A stretch of 64,000 bases of DNA from Candidatus Latescibacterota bacterium (GCA_965226795.1 CBDDDZ010000005.1:2720001-2784000), one strand, 5' to 3'; shown: positions 9,513-19,015, counted from the first letter of the stretch. Notes: generated from the letters alone by a model not told the origin. Numbers and translations: made by a program.

Positions 9513-12500
9513 ATGTCCCGGTGGCCCCTTCTATTTGGAATCACTTTGTTCACGTGTGGTATAGCTGGCGGCCAGGAGTATTTTGGCAAGAACAAGGTGA
9601 CGTATGACGATTACGACTGGCACTATCTGGAGACGGAGCATTTCAAGATTTATTTTGACCGGGCGTCGCAGCCTGCGGCGGAGTTTGCGGCGAAGGAGGC
9701 GGAGCGTTCGCTGGTACGTCTGGAGAAGGATCTGAAGTATACGCTGAAGGATCGATATCCGATTGTGATCTACAACTCGCACAACGGTTTTTCGGTGACG
9801 AACATCACGCCGACGGAGCAGTCGGAGTTCACGGGTGGATTTACGGAGTTTGCACAGGGTCGTGTGGTAATCCCGTATACGGGGTCTTATGGCGATTTCC
9901 GTCACGTGATCCACCACGAGTTGGCGCACGTGGTGACATTGGAGATGTGGACGGGCGGCGGGTGGCTGGGTGCGATGATGACGCAGGCGGCGACGTTGCC
10001 GCCGTTGTGGATTGCGGAGGGCGTGGCGGAGTATTTGTCGCAGGGGGGGTGGGACGGTGAGGGTGACAACTTCATGCGTCACGCAACGATCACGGGGTAT
10101 GTGCCGGGGATGATGGCGTTGAGCGGTGCGTTTGCGTATAAGGGTGGTCAGTCGGTTTTCGTGATGATCGAGGAGGAGTATGGGAAGGACAAGGTGGCGG
10201 AGTTTATCTCGTCGTTCCGGTCGGCGCGTTCTGTGGACAAGGCTCTGAAGGCGTCGGTGGGGGAGGGTGTGGAAGAGCTGGACGAGAAGTGGCAGTTGTG
10301 GTTGAAGCGTCAGTATTGGAACGAGATCAACCTGCATCACCCGTCGGAGGAGGTGGCGAAGCAGTTGACGGAAGCGTCTGCGGGGCGAGGTTTTTACAAT
10401 GTCGCGCCGTCGTTTTCGCCGCAGGGCGACAAGATCGCGTATGTGACGGAGCGTCAGGGTACGTTCGACATTTATCTGATGTCGGCGATCGACGGACAGG
10501 ATCTGGGACGGTTGGTGGAGGGTGAGCGATCGTCGGACTTCGAGGGGCTGTTCGTGCTGCGTCCCGGCATCACGTGGTCGCCCGACGGCAGGCAGGTCGC
10601 GTTTGCGGCGAAGTCGCGCAACAAGAACACGCTGTATACGCTGGACGTGAGGAAGAAGCGAGTGACGAAGCGCTTCAAGTTCGATCTGGACGGTTTGTTC
10701 GAGCCCACGTGGTCGCCTGACGGGAAGGAGATCGCAATCGTGGGGTTGAAGGACGGGTGGTCGGACGTGTATGTGGTGAACGTGGCGGACGAGTCGCTGC
10801 GTCGCATGACGCGTGATCCGTATGACGAGAAGCACCTGGACTGGTCGCCTGACGGGGAGTGGCTCGCGATCAGTTCGGACCGTCCGTCGGCGGATCTGAC
10901 GTATGACGGGTCGAAGGATTTCGTTTACGGCACGTATGACGTGTTCGTACTCCGGGGCGATGGCAGCGAGATCCGTCGCGTGGCGGAAAGCGAGGCGAAC
11001 GACAGCCATCCCACGTGGGGGCCGGACTCGCAGAAGCTGGCGTTCGTATCGGACAGGACGGGCGTGGGCAACGTCTACATCGCGCACGTGGACGGCTCAC
11101 AGGTGTATCCCATCAGCAATCTGTTGTCGGGGGCGCGGTATATCGACTGGTCTGCCGACGGCAGGAAGCTGGCGTTTACGACGTTTCACAAGGGCGGTTA
11201 TGACATCTTCGTGATGAAGGACCCGCTGAAGCAGAAGCGGGGGACCGAAGATCTGCCGCTGACGCGTTATGCGAAGCGTCTGGCGGGGATCGAAGACCGT
11301 CCGTTCGTGGAACTGCAGCGTGAGCGCAGGCAGGAAGAGGTGAAGGCCAGCGCGGCGGCCGACAGCGCTGGCGGCGGTGCGGAACAGGACACGGCGGCGG
11401 TGGCGGCGGACAGGAAGGTGGAGACGTGGGTGTCGGATCAGATGGCGCTGGCGGCAGCCGAAGCCAGTGGCGCCACCGACGACGAAGGCGCCGCCGGGGC
11501 CGACACGCTGGAGACGGACGGCGACAGGGAACTGACGCTGCGCGACTGGAACAAAGAGTTCATGGTAAACAAATACAGCGTAAAACTCAAACCGGAATTC
11601 TTCGGTGCCAACGCCGGCTTCGACACCTTCTACGGCGTCAGCAGCCTGGTCCAGTTGTCGCTGACCGACGTGATGGGCGACCACCGCGTCATCATACAGT
11701 CAGGGCTGAGCTTCTCCCTGAAAGACAGCGACCTCTTCCTCGGATACCAGAACCTCAAACACCAGACCAACTACTACCTCAGCGCCATCCATACGCGTCT
11801 GTTCTTCTTCGACAGCGGTCAGTTGAATGCCGATCGTTATTTCGGCGCCGAAGCAAGCCTGATCCGGCCTTTCAGCCGCTTCAGCAGGATGGAACTGGGC
11901 ACACGGGGCATCAGAATTTCCCGCGAACGACTGGAACGAGAGCCATACGATAATCGGTGGGTGCGGCGTGGCTTCACCGGCAGCAGCCTGCGCGGGCTTT
12001 CAGGCACTGAAGTCGATTCCCGAGGAGCTGCCGTTTCCTACCTGTCGTTGGTGGGCGACAACTCACTGATGAGCCGTTTCGGAGCCGTGGACGGACGCCG
12101 GATGCGCCTTGGCGTTGAAGGAAGTTGGGCAGGAATGCGTTTTGCGGCGGTCAATGTGGATCTGCGCCAGTATCTGCTCGCGCTGGGCGAGTATACGTTT
12201 GCCTTTCGACTCTCCGGCGGCTCCAGTTTTGGCCCCAACAAGAGAGTCTATTTCGTAGGCGGCGTCAACAATCCCGTGAATCCTAATTTCTCAACGTTTG
12301 CGAACGTGGACCAGGATCGGATATTCTTTTCCAGTTTTGTCTGGCCGTTGCGGGGCGTGGAATTGTTCGAACTGGCCGGCGATTCGTACGTACTGGCCAA
12401 TGCGGCGTTCCGTTTCCCCCTCATCCGGGAACTGGCGATGGGCTGGCCGCTACCGCTCTTCTTCCAGAACGTTCAGGGTGAATTGTTCCTGGACATCGGC

Positions 12501-12761
12501 GGCGCCTTTGAGCGGGCCAAGTGGAGAGACGGCTGGATCACCCGCGACGGCGGCTTTGAGCTCAATGTGCCGCAGCACTTCCGCGACGGGCAATCCAGAC
12601 ACGGATTCGATAAACCGCAAATGGCCGCGGGGTACGGATTCGGGGTGCGTGTGAATCTGGGCTACTTCCTGTTCCGATACGATCTGGCATGGCCCACGGA
12701 TTTTGCGCAGACCTACCATCCCCACCAGTATTTCTCAATTGATATGACCGGGCATTTCTAG
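9513..12761 (+). CDS. Peptidase MA-like domain + PD40 beta-propeller + Omp85 (BamA/TamA) barrel protein
   Basis: Signal peptide; FGKNKV; HHELAH and WIAEGVAEY zincin motifs; repeated PTWSPDG-type PD40 units; LRG barrel loop motif; GYGFGVRVNLGYFLFRYDLAWP; C-terminal Phe. Confidence 0.9.
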   Translation: MSRWPLLFGITLFTCGIAGGQEYFGKNKVTYDDYDWHYLETEHFKIYFDRASQPAAEFAAKEAERSLVRLEKDLKYTLKDRYPIVIYNSHNGFSVTNITPTEQSEFTGGFTEFAQGRVVIPYTGSYGDFRHVIHHELAHVVTLEMWTGGGWLGAMMTQAATLPPLWIAEGVAEYLSQGGWDGEGDNFMRHATITGYVPGMMALSGAFAYKGGQSVFVMIEEEYGKDKVAEFISSFRSARSVDKALKASVGEGVEELDEKWQLWLKRQYWNEINLHHPSEEVAKQLTEASAGRGFYNVAPSFSPQGDKIAYVTERQGTFDIYLMSAIDGQDLGRLVEGERSSDFEGLFVLRPGITWSPDGRQVAFAAKSRNKNTLYTLDVRKKRVTKRFKFDLDGLFEPTWSPDGKEIAIVGLKDGWSDVYVVNVADESLRRMTRDPYDEKHLDWSPDGEWLAISSDRPSADLTYDGSKDFVYGTYDVFVLRGDGSEIRRVAESEANDSHPTWGPDSQKLAFVSDRTGVGNVYIAHVDGSQVYPISNLLSGARYIDWSADGRKLAFTTFHKGGYDIFVMKDPLKQKRGTEDLPLTRYAKRLAGIEDRPFVELQRERRQEEVKASAAADSAGGGAEQDTAAVAADRKVETWVSDQMALAAAEASGATDDEGAAGADTLETDGDRELTLRDWNKEFMVNKYSVKLKPEFFGANAGFDTFYGVSSLVQLSLTDVMGDHRVIIQSGLSFSLKDSDLFLGYQNLKHQTNYYLSAIHTRLFFFDSGQLNADRYFGAEASLIRPFSRFSRMELGTRGIRISRERLEREPYDNRWVRRGFTGSSLRGLSGTEVDSRGAAVSYLSLVGDNSLMSRFGAVDGRRMRLGVEGSWAGMRFAAVNVDLRQYLLALGEYTFAFRLSGGSSFGPNKRVYFVGGVNNPVNPNFSTFANVDQDRIFFSSFVWPLRGVELFELAGDSYVLANAAFRFPLIRELAMGWPLPLFFQNVQGELFLDIGGAFERAKWRDGWITRDGGFELNVPQHFRDGQSRHGFDKPQMAAGYGFGVRVNLGYFLFRYDLAWPTDFAQTYHPHQYFSIDMTGHF

Positions 12762-12994
12762 TCCCGGAAATATATCACCATGTATCGGCCGGTTTATCCC
12801 GTCTCGCTGCGTTGCCAAGCCAGTTCTTGGCGACTCGTCGGTCAAATTTCGACAATCTATTTTCGGGACAGGACACAAGGATCCCCATACCATCCTGCGG
12901 GATCGGACCCCTTACCATGCCAGCTGAAACCGGTGCGGAACCGGTCGGGATCCGTTAGCCGCAGCTGAATTCAGAGTTTCGGGAGTGTACGCAA

Positions 12995-13303
12995 ATGGCG
13001 GCCAAAGACCACTATCGAGAGGGATTGAAACAGATTTCCGCCGGCAACCTAGACGGGGCTTTCGAGATGTTTCAGAGGGCGCTGGAAGAGGATCCGGAGT
13101 TTTACTTGGGGCACCTGGGTCTGTCGCAGGTGCTGGACAGACAGGGCAAAGTCGATGAAGCGATTCTGCACGCACGGGAAGCGATTCGAATCGCGCCAGA
13201 AGAGCCGCTTGCTCATACGAGTCTTTCGAGGCTGTACCAGCAGAAGGGCCTTATCGACGAGGCGGAGGCGGCGATGGAAATGTCCCGGCGTCTGCAGTCC
13301 TGA
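12995..13303 (+). CDS. Small tetratricopeptide repeat protein
   Basis: ALEEDPEFYLGHLGLSQV and AIRIAPEEPLAHTSLSRLY TPR pattern; GGGAG RBS. Confidence 0.85.
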   Translation: MAAKDHYREGLKQISAGNLDGAFEMFQRALEEDPEFYLGHLGLSQVLDRQGKVDEAILHAREAIRIAPEEPLAHTSLSRLYQQKGLIDEAEAAMEMSRRLQS

Positions 13304-13358
13304 TCCTGACGGGAAATGGCTGGCTCCGGCAGGGTGCGAACATATCGTTCACACCCTC

Positions 13359-14393
13359 TTAATTTTTTTTCGGGAAACCGCTGGATTCCACGGTGCTCAA
13401 CCGGCGGGCAAGCAGGAGGCGGATCAACCCTGGGCCGCCCGCAATCAGGTAGGTGGTGAAAGCGAGACCATGCATCACGGTCGCGTAGGCAAGAGCATCC
13501 GTAAGCGGCACGTCGTATACCGCGTTGAGAGTCTGGCTGCAGAAATAATGGTAGGTGCCGGTTCCTCCCGGGGTGGGGATAATCACGCCGATGGTCGATA
13601 TAACCAGGACCACGACTGCGTCGAAAAAACCGAGGTCGTACCGGGAAGGAAAACCGAACGCGAAGAATGTGGCATACGACATCAGAATATAAGTCAGGTT
13701 GAGAAGGGTGCTGGACACAAGGATGCCGACATAGCCCGACGTCGCGTGAACGCCGCCAAGACCCTGAATCAGAGACCGCAGAATTCCAATCAGCCGGTCC
13801 GCCATCGATTGGGACATCCATCGGACAGGTAGACGCATGATATTCAATGCGCGATCACCGTAGACCGACAGAAGCGCGAAAAGAACGAGAGTGCCCACGG
13901 TGGCCGCCAGTGCGAGGAGCGCGACACCCTCCATCCATGGGAACGCGGTGACGATTTTGTCTCTGGAAAAATAGAGGACGCCCCCTAGGAAGGCGAGGAG
14001 GGCCAGCATGTCGATCGCCCGTTCTACCAGAACGGTGGCGAGAATACCGCTCAACGGCAGGCGCTCGTCCTTTTGAAGCGCGACCCCGCGTGCGATCTCC
14101 CCGGCGCGGGAAATGACGTTGGTGGCCGCATAACCTACAAGGATGGCATGGCTGGCTCTCTGGAAGGAAATCCGATGACTGATGGGTTTCAAAAGGATCT
14201 GCCAACGCCAGGCGCGAGGAAGAATCGACAGAAAAAGCAGAAAAACACTTAAGACAAGCCAGGAAAGCCTGGCTTGTCTTAAGGCAGCCCATAGTTGGGC
14301 TGCCGCGACGCCCTCAAATGCCAACCAAAGAAATCCTGCGGCAAGCACGCCGCCGATGACAAATTTGAGCAGTGTCTTTATGGTTTGAGGCAC
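13359..14393 (-). CDS. Lysylphosphatidylglycerol synthase TM-domain (flippase-like, UPF0104) protein
   Basis: RAWRWQILL, SRAGEIAR, VERAID and IPTPGGTGTYH motifs; multiple TM helices. Confidence 0.9.
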   Translation of the reverse strand: MPQTIKTLLKFVIGGVLAAGFLWLAFEGVAAAQLWAALRQARLSWLVLSVFLLFLSILPRAWRWQILLKPISHRISFQRASHAILVGYAATNVISRAGEIARGVALQKDERLPLSGILATVLVERAIDMLALLAFLGGVLYFSRDKIVTAFPWMEGVALLALAATVGTLVLFALLSVYGDRALNIMRLPVRWMSQSMADRLIGILRSLIQGLGGVHATSGYVGILVSSTLLNLTYILMSYATFFAFGFPSRYDLGFFDAVVVLVISTIGVIIPTPGGTGTYHYFCSQTLNAVYDVPLTDALAYATVMHGLAFTTYLIAGGPGLIRLLLARRLSTVESSGFPKKN

Positions 14394-14417
14394 AAGGGCT
14401 CTCTTTGGAATCCACGT

Positions 14418-15308
14418 TCAGTAGCCGAATCCGCGCAGGGCCTGTTCTTTTTTCCGCCAATTCTGGTGAACTTTCACACGCAGGTCCAGATAGACCGGGG
14501 CGTTCAGGAAGGCCTCTATCTTACCCCGTGCAATTTTTCCGATGGATTTGAGGGTCTTGCCGTTTCCGCCGATGACGATACCCTTCTGGGACTTTCGCTC
14601 GACGACAATACTGGCCCGGATATAGGTCTTGGGTCTGCCTTCTCGAAACGCCTCCAATTTGACCGCCGTGGCGTAAGGCAATTCCTGCCGGAGTTGCAGG
14701 AAAATCTCTTCCCGGATGAGTTCGCCCACAAAAAACCGCTCCGGGTGTTCGGTGAGCATGTCTTCCGGGTAGTATACGGGGCCAAGAGGCAGCGCCTGCT
14801 CAAGAGTGGCATGTAGCTGTTCGACATTGTCACCGGTATGGGCGGAAACCGGGAGAACGTCCTGGACTGCGGCTTCTTTCCTGACGGTCTCGACGCACCG
14901 CTGAGCCTGGGCAGTGGTAACCAGGTCGGATTTATTAACCGCGACGATGCGCGGGCTCTTGACCCTGCGCAGCATTTCACGCATTTCCTGGTCGAAGGTG
15001 GCTTTGAAGTCCGAGGCGTCGATCACACCGAGAAATACATCCGCGTCGCTGACGGAACGCCTTATCTGATCGCACATACGCTCGTGCAGACCGCAGCCGG
15101 GCTGAAGCAATCCCGGGGTATCAAGAAAAATCATCTGAGATGCCCGGGACGTAAGGATACCCAATATCCGATGCCGCGTGGTCTGAGGTTTGGCAGTCAC
15201 AATAGACAGGCGTTCGCCGACGAGAAGGTTAAAAAGCGTGGATTTGCCCACGTTGGCTCTTCCGGCGATGACGATGAATCCGGATCTGAAATTGGTCGCG
15301 CTTCGCAT
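14418..15308 (-). CDS. era: GTPase Era
   Basis: GRANVGKS, PQTTR, DTPG, NKSD and KH-domain SQKGIVIGGNG. Confidence 0.97.
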   Translation of the reverse strand: MRSATNFRSGFIVIAGRANVGKSTLFNLLVGERLSIVTAKPQTTRHRILGILTSRASQMIFLDTPGLLQPGCGLHERMCDQIRRSVSDADVFLGVIDASDFKATFDQEMREMLRRVKSPRIVAVNKSDLVTTAQAQRCVETVRKEAAVQDVLPVSAHTGDNVEQLHATLEQALPLGPVYYPEDMLTEHPERFFVGELIREEIFLQLRQELPYATAVKLEAFREGRPKTYIRASIVVERKSQKGIVIGGNGKTLKSIGKIARGKIEAFLNAPVYLDLRVKVHQNWRKKEQALRGFGY

Positions 15309-15323
15309 GGATTTTTTCAGGAT

Positions 15324-16271
15324 TCAGAAATACAGGGAACCCGAGATACGGTAGGTGTTGTCCAATTCACCGTGTTCCAGAAAGGCGAGGTCGAAAGCAA
15401 CGCGTCCTCGGAGTCGGATGCCCGCGCCTGCGGTGAAATGACTTCCCCTTGCACCCAGACGAAATGCCAGCTTCTTCCGGTAGAGGTATTCTACGCCAAC
15501 CCGAACACCCTGTAGATTTTCCGCGGCGGATTTTTCCTCACCGGCACTGACACTCCCGCTACACGTGATTAGTCCGTCAACCGCCGCGACCGGCCGTGCC
15601 AGAGCAAGACCAATGACAACGATCGGTGGGACGCGGTCCGACGAACCCGAGTCGAAGGTGATCTTCATGGGTATGAGATTGCGAATCATCAGACCCACCG
15701 TCAGGTCCGGCCGGGGCATATAGAGCATGCCAAAATCAATTCCAAAACCCGATCCCGTACCAACACCGAGCCTGCGGGACACGAGCTTCACCCCGGTTCC
15801 AGCGAACAGATTCGGCCTCAGGCCGCGACCAAAGGCAAGGTGGAGGTGGTATTCGGTTGTACCTGCGACACGGGATACGACGGGACGATTTTCCGGACCC
15901 GGCGAAAGCGCTGGGTTTTCAAGGGCAGTGATCTTGACACCGCCTACACCCAGGCGCGTGAGACCGACGCCAAAGCCACCCAACGGAGACGGGCCGCACA
16001 AGGTAAAGAAGTCATGGTTGACCGTGCCGCCGAACTGCTCGGCATGTTGAATCTGCAATTCCTTTTGCCGCAGCCGCTGAAGGCCCGCCGGGTTCCAGTA
16101 GATGGCGGTGGCATCGTCGCTGACGGCCACAAAAGCGCTCCCCATCCCAAGGGATCTTGCGCCTGCACCGAGCAGTAGAGGGTCTTCCGCATAACGGGAT
16201 TCGGATTGCGCCGGAACCGGTACGGGACGCGACAGGACCAGCGTCAGAATCGTGAGGAGAAACTGCTTCAC
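15324..16271 (-). CDS. PorV/PorQ-family outer-membrane barrel
   Basis: GAGARSLGMGSAFVAVSDDATAIYWNPAGL signature; GVEYLY...AFRLG; C-terminal Phe. Confidence 0.85.
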   Translation of the reverse strand: MKQFLLTILTLVLSRPVPVPAQSESRYAEDPLLLGAGARSLGMGSAFVAVSDDATAIYWNPAGLQRLRQKELQIQHAEQFGGTVNHDFFTLCGPSPLGGFGVGLTRLGVGGVKITALENPALSPGPENRPVVSRVAGTTEYHLHLAFGRGLRPNLFAGTGVKLVSRRLGVGTGSGFGIDFGMLYMPRPDLTVGLMIRNLIPMKITFDSGSSDRVPPIVVIGLALARPVAAVDGLITCSGSVSAGEEKSAAENLQGVRVGVEYLYRKKLAFRLGARGSHFTAGAGIRLRGRVAFDLAFLEHGELDNTYRISGSLYF

Positions 16272-16849
16272 GGGAAAGGCTCTTCGGGTATAAGTTCGGC
16301 GGTTGGAATGAGTATAGCGGTGCTTCCCGGGTACAGCGCGGAATCCAGCGCTTTTATATCGGACGAGTCGAGGACGATGCCACCGGTCCTGGCGGGTACG
16401 GAAAATCCGCGCGGCTGGATGAGAAGGGCAGGAGAAAAATACAGCCTGGAACGACCACGGGGACCCTCAATTAGCCGACCGCTGAAGTCTAGCGGTAAAC
16501 GGCGGTCTCGAAGCCTGACTCCTGTATTGCCGGGTTCGGCGCTGACCGGGTCGAGCCGGGCGATCATCTGGAGTTGCGAAGACGACCGGCTCAACGCTCT
16601 CGTAAGTCGGTATTTCCGAACTGCGCAGGATCTTAAAATGTGCGCACCGGTTTTGAGAAAAACCTTGCGGGACGGCAGATCGATTACGAGGTAGTAGGCG
16701 TCGGGGTTCTTTCCTGCAAAGCAAATTTCAAGTTCCAGGGCCTGTTTTCTGTTAAGGAGCGCTTGTTCGAGCGAGTCTGTCACGCTCCGGGCGCATGCCG
16801 CGTGAAACGGCATGGACAGGAAGACGGAGATGGCAACAGGGAGGATCAA
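16268..16849 (-). CDS. Secreted L,D-transpeptidase-like protein lacking catalytic His/Cys
   Basis: Probable TTG start overlapping the upstream TGA (TTGA); signal-like N-terminus; YYLVIDLPSRKVFLK first strand; GGIVLDSSDIKALDSALYPGS at the position of HGCIRL...D...L. Confidence 0.65.
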   Translation of the reverse strand: MILPVAISVFLSMPFHAACARSVTDSLEQALLNRKQALELEICFAGKNPDAYYLVIDLPSRKVFLKTGAHILRSCAVRKYRLTRALSRSSSQLQMIARLDPVSAEPGNTGVRLRDRRLPLDFSGRLIEGPRGRSRLYFSPALLIQPRGFSVPARTGGIVLDSSDIKALDSALYPGSTAILIPTAELIPEEPFP

Positions 16850-17472
16850 TAGATGTAGACCCGGCTTCCTGTTTGCGCCCGGGCGAAAGTGGCCTTGAGG
16901 TCGGCGTCGTTCAGACGAATGCAACCGTGCGTAATGTTTCGCCCGATGAGATTCGGGTAGAGGTTGCCGTGGATTGCGTAACCGTCGCCCAACTCCAGGG
17001 CATATGCGCCCAGCGTGACCGGATCCAGTCGCGCGAAGTCCCACGGAAGTACCGGCGCCTCCCGACCTGCCTCGACAAAGGCCCATTCCGGCTTCTTCCA
17101 TATCGGATTCACCACTTTTCGCCGGATTTCGAATCGCCCTTTGGGTGTGTTGAACCGCCATAGCTTCCGCTTGTCGCTCAAGAGAATCTTACCGCTTCCG
17201 GTTGCGCAGACCGCTTCCTCCAACAGACGGTTTCGGTGCCAGACCTGCAGGCGGTTATGGACCGTGTCGATTACAATATGCGGCCTTTCATCCACCAAAC
17301 CGTTAAGGGCAGCCTCCAAACTTTGTATATCCACAGCGAGACGTATTGCCGTGGAGGATGGAGCGGAGGCGTCTGCCGGCTCGGAACTCTGGCTCTTGAC
17401 CTCCGGCGGGCGAGTCCGGCACGCGGCGACGACCACCAAAGGCAGAAGCAGAATAAAGGTAAACCGGCGCAT
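16846..17472 (-). CDS. L,D-transpeptidase (YkuD family) lipoprotein
   Basis: Lipobox VAAC; TPKGRFEI, NPIW and YAIHG...IGRNITHGCIRL catalytic motif. Confidence 0.95.
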   Translation of the reverse strand: MRRFTFILLLPLVVVAACRTRPPEVKSQSSEPADASAPSSTAIRLAVDIQSLEAALNGLVDERPHIVIDTVHNRLQVWHRNRLLEEAVCATGSGKILLSDKRKLWRFNTPKGRFEIRRKVVNPIWKKPEWAFVEAGREAPVLPWDFARLDPVTLGAYALELGDGYAIHGNLYPNLIGRNITHGCIRLNDADLKATFARAQTGSRVYIY

Positions 17473-17486
17473 GCAAACCGTACCTT

Positions 17487-17532
17487 AAACTGGAAAACCG
17501 AGAAGAGAGCAGGCTTCTCGGTTTTCCAGTTT
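17487..17532 (-). terminator. Perfect 19-bp hairpin between lipoprotein and L,D-transpeptidase genes
   Basis: AAACTGGAAAACCGAGAAG-8 nt-CTTCTCGGTTTTCCAGTTT. Confidence 0.7.
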
Positions 17533-17567
17533 CAACTAAGAAAAGAAAATAACAAAACAGCGATGAA

Positions 17568-18170
17568 CTAACGCAGATACCAGGCGTTATTTTCCTCTTT
17601 CCAATCTTCGATTTTCTGCATTGCGGTCTTGACGGCGTCCTGTACCCCGCCCAGTTTGCCTTCCGCGGCCTGGGCCTGGGCCACGGCATCCTTGAACATG
17701 CTGTTTTCCAGGCTGCCCTTCGCGCTGTTCAGCGACGCTTCAGCCTCACCAAGGTCGGCATCGAGTTGATCCAGATCTTCATCCGCACCCTTGCCACGGG
17801 GAGCGGCGTTAAGTGCTTCCCGGGCCTCCGCCAGGCTGGAAGTCGTAGAATCGATGATTGCCTGAGCTTCGTCGCGTGTTTTGGCCTTGTTTGTTTCCGC
17901 CTGAGACACAGATTGGTTCGCGCGTTCCTCAGCCTCGATGGCGGCGGCTCTGGCCTCCTTATATTCGCCTTGTTCTACTTTGTCTTTGGCATCTTTAAGG
18001 GTATTCGTGGCCGAACGGAAAATCTCCTCTGCGTAGACGTCGGCCTCCGCGGCCTTGGCCTTGCTGAGGGCGCCTTCAGCGGCTTTGATTTCCTCTTCGG
18101 GAGGTTGTTCGCAAGCCACAAAGGCCGCCGCAAAACAGACAACAAGGCCGATTCTCAGAACAGATCGCAT
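17568..18170 (-). CDS. Alanine-rich helical lipoprotein (DUF4398-like)
   Basis: Lipobox FVAC; PEEEIKAAEGALSKAKAAEADVYAEEIF pattern; RBS AGGAGG. Confidence 0.85.
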   Translation of the reverse strand: MRSVLRIGLVVCFAAAFVACEQPPEEEIKAAEGALSKAKAAEADVYAEEIFRSATNTLKDAKDKVEQGEYKEARAAAIEAEERANQSVSQAETNKAKTRDEAQAIIDSTTSSLAEAREALNAAPRGKGADEDLDQLDADLGEAEASLNSAKGSLENSMFKDAVAQAQAAEGKLGGVQDAVKTAMQKIEDWKEENNAWYLR

Positions 18171-18269
18171 CTCCCCTCCTTGGTTGATAAGACCTCAAAT
18201 GTTGGCGACAAGTCAAACAGAAATAACCAGTTCCGAAACAACAAATAGTTAATGCACTGATACAGCAAC

Positions 18270-18298
18270 AAGATACATCTTAAGTTCAACAAAGTCAA
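18270..18298 (-). promoter_or_regulatory. Sigma70-type promoter for the lipoprotein/LDT operon
   Basis: TTGACT, 17-nt spacer, TATCTT. Confidence 0.65.
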
Positions 18299-18778
18299 GC
18301 GATTTCTCTGGAAATTTCGCCACCGCAGGCGGCGAATGGATTCACCATTCAAAGGTCAATGCCATGGAAGTCGCCGTCGGTCCGGCGAGGGCGACGGTCG
18401 ACCTGAATTACGCCTGAATTGCCGACAACAGTATGGTGTGATGCCAGTTGATCGGCGTCGGGTACCAAAACGCGGATCACGTCGAGACGAGCCGCGCCAG
18501 CAAACCGCTTGATGTCGGTTCCTCCACTTCAGTAAACCACCCTTTGCGGTTGCGTACCCCGGGCGCAAGCGGTATATTGCGGGCACTCCGGCATTTATCG
18601 GTATTTGGTGCCAGTGCCGTGGTTCGGGACCGGCGCGAATTCGTTTATCAGATCGAGTTTCCGATGTGGAAGCCCGCCGGTTCGGCAAATCGCTAAATCA
18701 CCGATGGATATTTCATAGGTCCAAAAAAATCATACACATTTAGGTTTCGGACATTGCCAGAGTCTACAGGAGGAATCC

Positions 18779-19015
18779 ATGGATTTTGAAAACCAGCTGG
18801 GTGTGGCCGCGCTTTCGGTTCTGGGGGCGTTGCTGTTTCGATGGTTTGGGGTCCCCAAACGCTGGACGCCGGTGACGCCGTTGTTTCTGTCGATCCTTAT
18901 CGCCGCGTTTTTCGGTGAGCTTGAGTCGGTTACGGAGATGCTCACGAGCGGACTGGCCAGCGGGCTACTCGCCAATGGATTTCTATTCCTTCTTCTGGGC
19001 ACCCGGAATGGATGA
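18779..19015 (+). CDS. Small 3-TM membrane protein, holin-like
   Basis: Strong RBS AGGAGG; three hydrophobic segments; FGVPKRWTP...GLASGLLANG pattern. Confidence 0.6.
   Translation: MDFENQLGVAALSVLGALLFRWFGVPKRWTPVTPLFLSILIAAFFGELESVTEMLTSGLASGLLANGFLFLLLGTRNG

Noticed and set aside
9531..11087. 518-aa minus-strand Arg/His-rich ORF
   Set aside because: Shadow of the Omp85 fusion, produced by its strongly G-biased codon usage.
12895..12965. Possible c-di-AMP (ydaO) riboswitch before the small TPR gene
   Set aside because: Only GCTGAA and GGAACC fragments match; the TGGGGTGAATC and GTCAGCTAAC core elements are absent.
16850..17161. N-terminal extension of the 297-aa track ORF
   Set aside because: Overlaps the L,D-transpeptidase gene on the same strand; a TTG start at 16849 gives a signal peptide and 4-nt coupling.
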